Below, one piece after another: positions 1-8,988 of a stretch of DNA of 64,000 bases (its first letter is position 1; every line of letters starts with the position of its first letter). Made by a program: the position numbers and the translations under genes. The stretch lies in assembly GCA_965243135.1 (NCBI GenBank), contig OZ251539.1, positions 1,088,001-1,152,000 of the forward strand. The letters run 5' to 3'. The notes under the pieces were generated by a model that worked only from the letters and a program-made list of their open reading frames with translations, was not told where the DNA came from and did not search any database. This DNA comes from Alphaproteobacteria bacterium (lineage in GTDB: Bacteria > Pseudomonadota > Alphaproteobacteria > MPNO01 > UBA830).

Positions 1-449
1 GTCTCGTGCAGGAGCGGGCCCGCGCCCCTTGCCGCTTCGCGTCCGTCGACGACGGCCGGCAGTTCCTCGATGTCGAGCGCGACGCCCGCCGCGACGTCTT
101 CGGCTTCGGCGCGGGTCGGGGCGAGGCATATGGCGACGGGCTGGCCGGCGTAACGCACCTTGCCCACCGCGAACGGGGGAAAGTCCGAAGACCTGAAGCC
201 CGGTATCCGGGGCGCCGCCCGAATGGGCTTGACGTTCGGGAAGTCGGCATGTCCGAAGACGCGGCAGCCGGGCGAAACGACGCCCGCATTCATTCCGCGC
301 AGTTCGCCGTGGGCGACCGGACTGCGGACGATCGCGGCTTCCAGCGCGCCCTCGGCCGGGACGTCGGCGACGAAGTTTCCCTTGCCCGCGAGGTGGCGTG
401 CGTCCTCCTTGCGCAGGACGCGCGCGCCGATTCCGGAGGGGTTGGACAC
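1..449 (-). CDS. Xanthine dehydrogenase/CoxL-family molybdopterin-binding subunit, N-terminal part (runs off window)
   Basis: Hand translation of minus strand from GTG 449 (or TTG 458): SNPSGIGARVLRKEDARHLAGKGNFVADV...IVRSPVAHG...GKVRYAGQPVA, typical of Mo-hydroxylase large subunits. Not in the ORF track. Confidence 0.8.
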   Translation of the reverse strand, partial: MSNPSGIGARVLRKEDARHLAGKGNFVADVPAEGALEAAIVRSPVAHGELRGMNAGVVSPGCRVFGHADFPNVKPIRAAPRIPGFRSSDFPPFAVGKVRYAGQPVAICLAPTRAEAEDVAAGVALDIEELPAVVDGREAARGAGPLLHE

Positions 450-454
450 GGCGT

Positions 455-1660
455 TCAAGTAACGGCGTTCGCCTGCTCGAGGCTGGCGTAGAGACCGGCG
501 TTGAGACAATAGGCACGATGCCGCCCGGGGTCCTCGGCCGTCCGGCGCACGTCGTCCAGCTGGCGGCGGCGCGCCTCGGGATCCCTGGCCTCCATCAATT
601 TCTTGTTGGCGATCGAGGTCGCCTGGACGCCGTCCATCTGCGCCTTGCGCCGCTGGCGGCTGTAGAGGTCGAGCAAGGCGTCGGAAGCGCCGCCGATCAC
701 CGCGGACAGCTTTTCCGCGAGGTTGACGGCGTCGTGAATGCCGCCGTTCATGCCGAGGCCTCCGATGGGGTTGTTGACGTGAGCCGCGTCGCCGGCGATC
801 AGGGCGCGTTCCTTGCGGAAGCTCTCGGCGACGCGCTGGTGGACGTGATAAATACCGGCGTAAATGACGTTGTAATCGCCGTTTTTGGGGAAAAACTTCT
901 GGAGTCGGCCCTGGATGCCCTCGCGGTCGAGGCATTCGGCGTCCGTTTCGCCCACGCGGGTGGGAAAGACCGTCCGCCAGATCCCGGGAGGCCCGTAGCC
1001 GGCGACCTTGAAGAGGTTGCACCACTCGTCCGGATCGGAAAAGAAGTTGCGATAGCAGAGAGCTTGTCCGGCTTCTAGGAAGTCGAAGTCCGAACCGATC
1101 TTCACGAAGCGCTCGGGATAGGTGAAGCCGACGAATTCGATGCCGGCGGCGAGCCGGACGGCCGAGCCGAAGCCGTCGCAACCGACGACCCAGGAGGCGG
1201 CCAGCCGCTCCTCTTCGCCGTCTTCGTTCTCGAAGAGAACGTCGATCGAGTCCGCGCGCTGCCGCAGGCCTTTCGCTTTGCAGGAAAAACGCAGCGTCGC
1301 GTCCCGGCCGATCTCCTCGATGATGGTCCGCACCAGCTTGAACTGTTCGTACTGGACCACGAAGGGAAACGCGGTCATGTCGGACAGGGCGGAGAAATCG
1401 AACTCCGCCACCAGATCGCCGGTCACCCTGTCGCGGTAGTGGAAGGTCGGGGACACCAGGCCTTTCTCCACGATCCGGTCGGCGACGCCGAGTTCCGCCA
1501 GCATTTCCAGCGACGACGGCTGGATGGCGGCGGCCCGCTGGTCCTCGATCGGCGCGGCTTCGCGTTCGAGGAGCGTGACCGGCACGCCGCGGCGATGGAG
1601 CGCGAGAGTCAGCACCATGCCGACTGGACCGCATCCGACCACGACCACTTCCGAAGCCAT
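455..1660 (-). CDS. FAD-dependent aromatic monooxygenase (MhpA/PheA-like, FAD_binding_3)
   Basis: GCGPVG Rossmann motif, VGCDGFGSAVR, AGDAAHVNNPIGGLGMNGGIHDA. Confidence 0.9.
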   Translation of the reverse strand: MASEVVVVGCGPVGMVLTLALHRRGVPVTLLEREAAPIEDQRAAAIQPSSLEMLAELGVADRIVEKGLVSPTFHYRDRVTGDLVAEFDFSALSDMTAFPFVVQYEQFKLVRTIIEEIGRDATLRFSCKAKGLRQRADSIDVLFENEDGEEERLAASWVVGCDGFGSAVRLAAGIEFVGFTYPERFVKIGSDFDFLEAGQALCYRNFFSDPDEWCNLFKVAGYGPPGIWRTVFPTRVGETDAECLDREGIQGRLQKFFPKNGDYNVIYAGIYHVHQRVAESFRKERALIAGDAAHVNNPIGGLGMNGGIHDAVNLAEKLSAVIGGASDALLDLYSRQRRKAQMDGVQATSIANKKLMEARDPEARRRQLDDVRRTAEDPGRHRAYCLNAGLYASLEQANAVT

Positions 1661-1663
1661 GTC

Positions 1664-2719
1664 CTATTCCCGTTCGAGATGGAGCCGCGCCATGAACGGC
1701 ACGAAGGGGTGAATTCCAAGAGCGGCGAAAGCGGCTTCGTCCATGTTCACGAGCGCCCGCCGCTCGTCTTCGGTCAGGTCGACGCAGGATGCGAACCCCT
1801 CGCGATCCGCCGAAAAGCGCGCACGGGTCTCCGCGTCGTTCGCGATGCGGTGAAGGGTCTCGGTCAGCAGGACCCTTTCCGGCGCGACGGGCGGGTAATG
1901 CGGCGGCGCGTCGTCCGCGGCCGGCTCCGACCACCACGCCAGGGTCGCGTAGTTGTGATGCCAGCTCGGATCGAACGAGACGGCGTCCGGCGCTCTTTCT
2001 CCCAGCATTCCTGCCGCGACGGCCCAGCACCGCAGTTCGATGTTGCCGGTCTCGTCGAGAATTCTCTCGTCGAGCGACAGAAGCCAGCGCAGGTTTCCGC
2101 GTCCCAGTTCGTCCATCAGTTTGAGGTCGAAGCCTGTGGCGGGCCTGGCGTAACGGTCCGTGCCCGGAAAGTGCGACAGTCCTCCGCTCGCCACCACGAC
2201 CGCCCGCAGGTCCATGGCCGCCATGGCGCGATCGATCGCTTGCCCAAGGTGATAGCATCGCTCGATGCGGGGTTGCGGCGGAACGTAGGCGTTCACATAG
2301 AGCGGGACGATCGGGCCGTCCATTTCGAGAAAGGTCAGCGGTATGCCGAACGCGTAGTCCAGTTCGGCGTTGCTGGTGAAGGCGGGGTCGAATTTCTCGT
2401 CCTGCAGATAGCGCAGCAGCGCGGTGGCCGCCGCGCTGTCCACGTCGAACCTGAATTCCCGGCCCGCGAAGGCGCCGCGGGCTTCGGCGCCGCGGTGGAT
2501 CGCGAAGGACGGCACGCAGCGAAGCAGGAACTGATTGGCATGGTCGTTGGCGACCGCGACGACGACGTCGGCGTCGAGCGCCTTCAGGCGCTTTCCGTTC
2601 TCGGCGGCCAGCCGCCGGACGCGGTTCACCGTTTCGAGGTCCTCCGTATCGGGCAGCGTGAAGAATTGCGGCGCGTGGGCCATGCAGACGCCGCCGACGA
2701 CGCCAGTCCCGGTCTTCAC
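1664..2719 (-). CDS. Extradiol ring-cleavage dioxygenase, LigB catalytic domain with C-terminal LigA-like domain (DesB/GalA architecture)
   Basis: MAHAP, NDH, LDYAFGIP, ASGGLSH motifs. C-terminal RARF...DLTEDERRAL...LGIHPF resembles LigA. GTG 2719 overlaps the upstream stop. Confidence 0.8.
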   Translation of the reverse strand: MKTGTGVVGGVCMAHAPQFFTLPDTEDLETVNRVRRLAAENGKRLKALDADVVVAVANDHANQFLLRCVPSFAIHRGAEARGAFAGREFRFDVDSAAATALLRYLQDEKFDPAFTSNAELDYAFGIPLTFLEMDGPIVPLYVNAYVPPQPRIERCYHLGQAIDRAMAAMDLRAVVVASGGLSHFPGTDRYARPATGFDLKLMDELGRGNLRWLLSLDERILDETGNIELRCWAVAAGMLGERAPDAVSFDPSWHHNYATLAWWSEPAADDAPPHYPPVAPERVLLTETLHRIANDAETRARFSADREGFASCVDLTEDERRALVNMDEAAFAALGIHPFVPFMARLHLERE

Positions 2720-3480
2720 GACGTTTCCTTCTTGCGCATGTGGCGTCGCGGGTCGTCCTCGAACGCCCGTTCGTGAATGTCCCAGCCGAGCCGAAGCAGG
2801 GGACCCGCGACCTCCGCCAGTTCCTGGACGGCCCCGATCAGCTCCCGGCTTTGCGCCACCCGGTCGGCGACGTCGCGGCTTACGAGAAAATGCTTCCATT
2901 TGATGTATTCGCCCGCCGGCGAATCGGCGTGCTGCCGGAAGCCTCGCGGCATCGTCCGCAGGGCGCCGCGGTGCCTGAGGGCGTACCGGCCGCGAGGGGC
3001 GGCGAACGGCGCGACGAGGTCGAGGAATTCTTCGGGACGGTCGGCGATGCAGGTTCGCCAAGCGTGCAGAAATTCCTTTCCGGGGGAATAGAAGCCGGCC
3101 GACACGAAGGACGCGCCGGGCTGGACGTGAATGTAGAGGAGGCCGGGGTCTCCCTTGCTTCCGGAGCGCGTCAGCACCGCGCCGGCATGGGTCTTGTACG
3201 GGCTCTTGTCCTTGGAGAAACGGACGTCTCTATGTATGCGGAACATGCCGCGGGCGGGGTCGCCCCGGAGAGGAAAGCCGTCGGGCGCCCGGCCCGGCGC
3301 GAACTCGGCGAGCAGGCATTCCATCGGAAACTTCACTTCGGCATCGTAAAGATTCTTGCGGGCCTTGAACCATGCGCGTTCGTTGTTTTCGGAGAGCGCC
3401 GCGAGAAAGGCGAACGCCTCCGCCGAGAATCCCTGGAAGTCCGGTCTGACGTCCGCTGGAAATTCGAGCGGTTTTTTCAT
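2716..3480 (-). CDS. DUF2461 (TIGR02453) family protein
   Basis: FLAALSENNERAWF, MFRIHRDVRFSKDKSPYKT. Confidence 0.9.
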   Translation of the reverse strand: MKKPLEFPADVRPDFQGFSAEAFAFLAALSENNERAWFKARKNLYDAEVKFPMECLLAEFAPGRAPDGFPLRGDPARGMFRIHRDVRFSKDKSPYKTHAGAVLTRSGSKGDPGLLYIHVQPGASFVSAGFYSPGKEFLHAWRTCIADRPEEFLDLVAPFAAPRGRYALRHRGALRTMPRGFRQHADSPAGEYIKWKHFLVSRDVADRVAQSRELIGAVQELAEVAGPLLRLGWDIHERAFEDDPRRHMRKKETS

Positions 3481-3624
3481 GCCCGCAATATAGCGCCATT
3501 CGTTCCGTCGATTCCAGAGCGGACGCGGCTTCGGGCCGAGGCCGGCCGAAAGCGGTCCGGCGCCTGCCGCGCGGCGGGCCGGAAGCGCCGGTCGAACGCC
3601 GCGGCACCGGAACTTTCGGGCGGG

Positions 3625-4287
3625 CTACCGATCCGCCGGCTCGACCGAAATGTCGCCGTACCAGCCCCGCGCCGAGAGGCCGCTGTCGTCGGTATCGGTC
3701 ATGATGGCGACATGGGTGATTTTCCGGATGTCGCGGCCGAACAGCCTCTTGAAGTCCTCGCGCATGTTCCGCCGGTGAACGCGCCATTCGCCGGCGCGCC
3801 GGTCGCCGGAGTCGACGGCGACCATGCGGACGTTGCCGGTGTAGGGGTTCGGCCACGAGGATCCTTCGGGTTGCCGGCTCGCCCAGACGTAGGCGACGGA
3901 TTGCGGAAGGGACAGCCATCCTTCGCCCGAGGTCACGAAATAGACGCGGACCGCGAAATCGTCGCCCTCGCGGCTCCGTTCGTCGGGAGGGTTCACCGGC
4001 GCCGACACCCGCCACCGCCAGGCCAGAACCGGGGTCTCGACGAGGTCGATGTCGCGTTCGAAGACAAGGCCCGAAGCGGCGCCTTCGCTCGCCGCTTCAA
4101 GGACCAGGGCGCCGTTTTCCTCGACCAGCCGGTAGGACGTTTCGCCGACGAAGCTCTTCGGCGTCCAGCCCGTCAGATCCCCTGACGAAAACCGTCCGAT
4201 TTCTTCCGCCGCCGCAAGGCCGGGACCGGCAAGGAGCGAACCGAGGAACGCCCAACCGCGTAGCCGCTTTCCGATCAAGCCAGTCAT
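3625..4287 (-). CDS. DUF3047 exported protein
   Basis: Signal peptide; LAWRWRV, GDDFAVRVY, AIMTDTDD. Confidence 0.85.
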   Translation of the reverse strand: MTGLIGKRLRGWAFLGSLLAGPGLAAAEEIGRFSSGDLTGWTPKSFVGETSYRLVEENGALVLEAASEGAASGLVFERDIDLVETPVLAWRWRVSAPVNPPDERSREGDDFAVRVYFVTSGEGWLSLPQSVAYVWASRQPEGSSWPNPYTGNVRMVAVDSGDRRAGEWRVHRRNMREDFKRLFGRDIRKITHVAIMTDTDDSGLSARGWYGDISVEPADR

Positions 4288-4604
4288 CGACCTCGGTCCT
4301 TTCGGGATTCCGGAAGGCCGCGCCGCGGCGCCTCCAGGCGCGCGGCGGCGAACCTGTCGCGAAAGCAGTATCTGAACCGGCTGGCGGGCAAGTCAAGGCG
4401 GCCGGCGGCAATTCGCAGGGAGCGAGATCCGGGCAGCCCGAGGGAGCGGCGGCTCGGCAGCCTTTGGCCATGTCTCCTTGCCGTTCATCGACGGAGATTG
4501 ACCGCCTGACCTTTCCGCTGCAGGTCGGTCGGCCGCCATGCATGTCGCGCTTCAAGCTTGAGAGGGCAGCATCAAAAACGGCGAAACAAACCCAATCACT
4601 CATG

Positions 4605-4738
4605 GTTGCCGTCGCGCGCGACGGGCGCCGCCAAGCTGCACCGAGCGGCGCCTCGCCCCGGCGCTCTCCCGGCTGGACGGGCCTGCGTTCAGGCAGCCGG
4701 AAAGCGGAAGCAGGCGCGAAAAAGGGCGCAACGCCTCG
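4605..4738 (+). pseudogene. Degenerate copy of the rpn 3' end and its downstream flank
   Basis: gtcgcgcgcgacgggcg...gctgcac and ggaagcaggcgcgaaaaagggcgc match 25064-25260 with internal deletions. Confidence 0.7.
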
Positions 4739-4744
4739 AACTGA

Positions 4745-4774
4745 TTGACCGTTTCCGTTGCGGCAGCCTATTCT
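4745..4774 (+). promoter_or_regulatory. sigma70-like promoter of paralog 1 (probably leaderless)
   Basis: TTGACC-N18-TATTCT, 6 nt before ATG 4781; same layout before paralogs 2 and 3. Confidence 0.55.
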
Positions 4775-4780
4775 AACCGG

Positions 4781-6328
4781 ATGGAAAAACGCATGCTTCC
4801 GACCGGGATGGCTTCCCTCCGGGAGATCCGGAGGATGGACTGCTACTACGTCGACAAGACGGACCATATGCGCCGCCTCGTCGAGAGGGGCAAGTACTAT
4901 TTCCTGTCGCGTCCGCGCCGGTTCGGCAAGACCCTCCTGGTGGACACGCTGCAGAAGCTGTTCGAGGGAAGCGAGGAGTTGTTTCGGGGCCTCGCCGTGC
5001 ACGGCAGGTGGGACTGGTCGGCGCGCCACCCGGTCGTGCGGCTGGATTTCAGCGGCGTGGGCCGTTTCGACGGCCCGGACGGGGTTCGGGGCACCGTGGA
5101 AGCGCAGTTGGAAGAGATGGAGATGCAGGCCGGCCTCGAACCGGGTCCCCCCGGGGCGGCGGTCCGTTTCCGGCGCCTGATAAGGACGCTGCACGAGCGC
5201 GCCGGGCAGCGGACGGTCGTGCTGGTGGACGAATACGACAAGCCGATCCTGGACGCGCTCGGCGACCGGGAGCTGGCGCTGGCCAACCGCGACTTCCTGC
5301 GCAGCCTGTACGGGGTTATCAAGGCCTGCGACGAACAGCTCCGTTTCGTTTTCCTGACGGGAGTGAGCAAGTTCTCGCAGGCGGGCCTGTTCTCGGGCCT
5401 GAACAACCTGATCGACGTCACGCTGGAGCCGGAGTTCTCGTCCATCTGCGGCTACACGGACGCGGAACTGGACGCGGTCTTCGCCCCGGAACTCGAGGGC
5501 CTGGACCGGGACAAGGTCCGCCGCTGGTACAACGGCTACAACTGGCGAGGCGCGGAGAAACTCTACAACCCGTACGATGTCCTGCTGCTTTTCCGACGCC
5601 GTCAGTTCGAGGCGCACTGGTTCCGGACCGGCACGCCGACCTTCCTCGCCGACCTTCTGTCGCGGCGCCGGGTCTCGGCGCCGGCCCTGGAGGGCATGAT
5701 CGCGGACGACGCGTTGCTGTCGGCCATCGACGTCGACCGCATTCCCGTCGAGGCGCTTCTGTTCCAGACCGGCTACCTGACCATCGTTGGCGAGGAACTG
5801 GACGAGGACGCGCTTCTCTACCGGCTGGACTACCCGAACCAGGAGGTGAGGCGCAGCCTGAACGCGCTCCTGCTGGAGACGATGGCGCCGGGCGTCGCGG
5901 TCGCGGCGGAAAGCCGGGAGCTGCGCCGCCTGATGCGCGCGAACGACTTCGCGGGCCTCGAGCGGCTGTTCCGGGCGTTCCTGGCGAGCATTCCGAACGA
6001 GTGGTACGCGAACACGGGCCTGGCGGGCTACGAGGCGCACTACGCGAGCGTGTTCTACTCGCACTTCGTGGCGGCGGGGATGGACGTCCGCGCGGAGGAG
6101 AGCACGGTGCGTGGACGCTCGGACCTGACGGTCCTGTACGACGGCGGCGTCTACCTGTTCGAGTTCAAGGTCATGGACGGGAAGCCGGAAGGGCGGGCGC
6201 TGGCGCAGATTCGGGAGCGCGGCTACGCGGACAAGTACCGGAGTCTGGACGTGCCGGTCCACCTGATCGGCATCGAGTTCGGCCGGGAGGAGCGCAACAT
6301 CGTCGGGTTCGAGTTCGAGACCGTCTGA
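4781..6328 (+). CDS. AAA-ATPase-like (PF09820-type) plus C-terminal PD-(D/E)XK nuclease (PDDEXK_9-type), paralog 1
   Basis: YVDKT, LSRPRRFGKT, VLVDEYDKP, FLTGVSK, FQTGYLT, GRSDL...YLFEFK, QIRERGYADKY. Confidence 0.9.
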   Translation: MEKRMLPTGMASLREIRRMDCYYVDKTDHMRRLVERGKYYFLSRPRRFGKTLLVDTLQKLFEGSEELFRGLAVHGRWDWSARHPVVRLDFSGVGRFDGPDGVRGTVEAQLEEMEMQAGLEPGPPGAAVRFRRLIRTLHERAGQRTVVLVDEYDKPILDALGDRELALANRDFLRSLYGVIKACDEQLRFVFLTGVSKFSQAGLFSGLNNLIDVTLEPEFSSICGYTDAELDAVFAPELEGLDRDKVRRWYNGYNWRGAEKLYNPYDVLLLFRRRQFEAHWFRTGTPTFLADLLSRRRVSAPALEGMIADDALLSAIDVDRIPVEALLFQTGYLTIVGEELDEDALLYRLDYPNQEVRRSLNALLLETMAPGVAVAAESRELRRLMRANDFAGLERLFRAFLASIPNEWYANTGLAGYEAHYASVFYSHFVAAGMDVRAEESTVRGRSDLTVLYDGGVYLFEFKVMDGKPEGRALAQIRERGYADKYRSLDVPVHLIGIEFGREERNIVGFEFETV

Positions 6329-6462
6329 ACGGCCGTCCGCCGCCGATGTCCCCGTGCCGGTTCGAGAGCCTCGGAGGTTCTCCCGACGCGGCGCTTGGTT
6401 TCGTCTTTGCGCAGTGGTCGCGTCTTGCTTTCCTGCGCGACGGCATTGGGGGGAGCGACCGA

Positions 6463-6560
6463 CGAGACGCTGAAGAAGCTGAAGTCGTTCGAGGAGACAG
6501 AGGGGTGAGGGATCGTCGTCGGCCGAACGGCAGGCTGTCGACGAGAGTCGGGCAGGGCCG
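6463..6560 (+). pseudogene. Degenerate internal rpn fragment
   Basis: cgagacgctgaagaagctgaagtcgttcgaggagacag identical to ~24749-24786, then caggctgtcgacgagagtcggg as at ~24831-24852. Confidence 0.75.
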
Positions 6561-6873
6561 CGCGGCCGAGCAGCGACGTCCGTGCGCGCGCCGAAAAACG
6601 CTTGCAGGCAGCGAGCGACGCTTCCGCTCGTCCCGCCGACGGCGTCCGGCCCGGTCGAGCATCGGCCGAACGTCGTTCGGCCCCCGCGTGTTTTTCGCCG
6701 CCGGCGCGTTGGCGGCGAAGATGTCCGGAACTGCCGGTTCGCCCCCTGCTTGAACGGCCTTTCCCTTTCGTCGGGCTATGCTGAAGTATGAACTCGCCCT
6801 AGCGCAAACGTCTCTCCCTTGACGATCGGCGCCGCGGATACTGTCTCTGGAACCATCTCTGGAAAGTACGCTC

Positions 6874-7075
6874 ATGACCGCCTTCGAGATCGCCGGACTC
6901 GCCGTCACTTCCGCCAACGCGTCCGCGGCCGTCGGCGTTTGGCGTCCGCGCCAACGACGAACGCGCGCAACAACAGCGTGCGGCCATGCGGGATCAGCGC
7001 GAAGCCGACGAACGCCGCCACGAGGAGAACATGACGGCGCTCAAGGCGCTGATAGCCGACCGCCAGACCGCCGCG
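6874..7075 (+). pseudogene. Possible frameshifted small membrane/coiled-coil protein
   Basis: MTAFEIAGLAV start appears to continue in another frame as AMRDQREADERRHEENMTALKALIA. Confidence 0.3.
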
Positions 7076-7901
7076 CCGGAAACCGTCGCCGAACGGACGA
7101 CGGGGCGGAACAAAGGGCGCCTGACGCCGTTCCCCGCCGGCGAGACCTCGAAGTCGAGCGACTGTCGCGGTCAAGCGGGGCGCAAGTCCCGGTACCCGGT
7201 ACCGGCGCTGTCGTTCGCGACCGACCGCGGCGCCGGCGCGCCTCCCGCTTCGGTGCGCGCGGGGCCGGCGACAACGCCGCGGCGCGAAACTCGACGAGTG
7301 ACCTTTTCTCCGTTTCTCGCGCAAGGCTTACCGCGGACGGCGGCCAGGAACCCGGCAAGCGCGACGGCGACCCGGGTTGTCGCCCCCGCCGGGCCTCTCG
7401 TCGCTCTTCCGCACGGTGCGCTCGCTCTTGTGGCTGAACTTGTCAAGCTTGCGCGCCGCGGGCGTCGCTCGTGGAGTCGCTGCCTCGACTTCGCCGTGGG
7501 CGGCCCGCTCAAGCTCGTTCGCCGAAGAGGCCGACTTCAGGCGTTTCGGCTCGTTGCGCGCCGCCTCGGCGGCACCGCGTTAACGCCGCCCTTGCCTCCG
7601 CGCAACGCGCGCGCCTCGTCCCGTTGGGGCGTTGCCGACGGCAAAGCCCCCCGTCCGTCGGTCGCAAGTGCGCGCCCGTGTCCGGTCCTAGGATGAAATT
7701 TTTTCGTCCCCCGGGTAGCGAACGCTTACCGAAATTCAGATCTCCCGGCGTTGCCGGGAAATTCTTACCGGGGAGGCGTAATCGTCGATTTTATCGATGC
7801 GGGCGTTGCCGCCCGAAAAGGCGCGGGACAACGACGCCCAACATGCGAGGTTTGAAGGGAATGGAGAATCGTTTGTCCATGGCGTCCCGCTTGACGCGTT
7901 C

Positions 7902-7939
7902 CGGATAATTCGCCGGCAAGTTTGCCGGCGAATTATCCG
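7902..7939. repeat. Perfect 18-bp inverted repeat with 2-nt spacer
   Basis: CGGATAATTCGCCGGCAA-GT-TTGCCGGCGAATTATCCG. Confidence 0.9.
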
Positions 7940-7950
7940 TATCGTCTTGA

Positions 7951-8446
7951 CAAACGCTCATGATCGGCCCCTGCTCGCCCCGTAGCATGTAACTGGTGGT
8001 TTTGCTGGCGTCGCGCCGCTATCATGCGCCGACATAACCGTTCCGGGTTCGGGCGTCGCGGCGCGAAGACAGGGCTATACGGGGCTGCCCTCAGCGTCAC
8101 GCTCCCGAATTCTCGAACGGCCAGTGCCGCCGCGAAAAAAATCTTCGATTCGCGGAACGGTTTTGTGCAGCCGGCAGTTCGGGGTAGTTACACAGCAAAC
8201 GCTCATGATCGGAGCCTGCTCGCCCCGTAGCATGTAACTTTGAGGGTGGTTCTCCCGGCCTCGCGCCGCTATCATGCGCCGACATAACCGTTCCGCGTTC
8301 GGGCGGCGCGAAGACAGGGCTATACGGGGCAGCCCTCAGCGTCACGCTCCCGAATTTTCGAACGGCGAGCGCCGCCGCGAAAAATCGTCGATTCGCGGAA
8401 CGGTTTTGCGCAGCCGGCAGATCGGAGTAGTTACACAGCAAACGCT
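7951..8446. repeat. Tandem duplication of a ~245-bp non-coding unit (MITE-like)
   Basis: Unit 1 7951-8195 and unit 2 8196-8438 both start CAAACGCTCATGATCGG and end GTAGTTACACAG; a third CAAACGCT follows at 8439-8446. Confidence 0.9.
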
Positions 8447-8519
8447 GCGGTCGCGATAAAGGTTGATTTTATGGACGGCATGCTCGTATCTTTCCTCTTT
8501 CTGTTGCCCGACGGAAAGG

Positions 8520-8760
8520 CTCGGCCCGAGGCGGAAGCGGCAGGTTTTCGTCTCGGAGCCAAGGGTACGCACACCAGCCGGACCATCATGTTGACGGACT
8601 TGGAAACGGTTCTGGACGCGACCGGGATGGATGCCGTGCGGGCCGACTACTTTTCGGTGATCGTCGATTCCAATCGCGTCTCGAAACCACTGCCGCGACG
8701 CGCAGGCTTTTTTTTGCTAGCGGCTGCGCGAGCTTTACGGGCTGGATCCGGCTCTGTTCA
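8520..8760 (+). pseudogene. brxA: BREX brxA (DUF1819-like) N-terminal remnant
   Basis: GFRLGAKGTHTSRTIMLTDL...ADY...IVDSN..SKP, then frameshifted TAATRRL and RLRELYGLDP. Confidence 0.65.
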
Positions 8761-8819
8761 GTGCGCTCCGACGCCTTTGGGGCCCGGCCGAAGAATTGTT
8801 CGATGCGCTCGCATCGGAA

Positions 8820-8975
8820 ATGGTCAACGCGACGTACTGCCGCGAGGGATCAACGGACGGATCATCAAGGTCGGCGAAACACCCTGCGCGGTGTCGCCGA
8901 GATGGAGGCGTGAAGCAAGCGTCAGAAGGCGGCATTGTCGGCAGCTGTCGCTGATGGCCCGATTCCAGTGAACCG
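8820..8975 (+). pseudogene. Probable BREX brxC terminal remnant
   Basis: From 8881: TLRGVAEMEA*SKRQKAALSAAVADGPIPV, with TGA 8911-8913 where Trp is expected; resembles BrxC C-termini and fits the gene order. Confidence 0.45.
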
Positions 8976-8988
8976 AGGGGGAGCGCCG

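Noticed and set aside
7951-8446. Integron attC array (TGTAAC...GTTACAC)
   Set aside because: Units are too long, have no cassette ORFs between them, fit RYYYAAC/GTTRRRY poorly, and no integrase is present.
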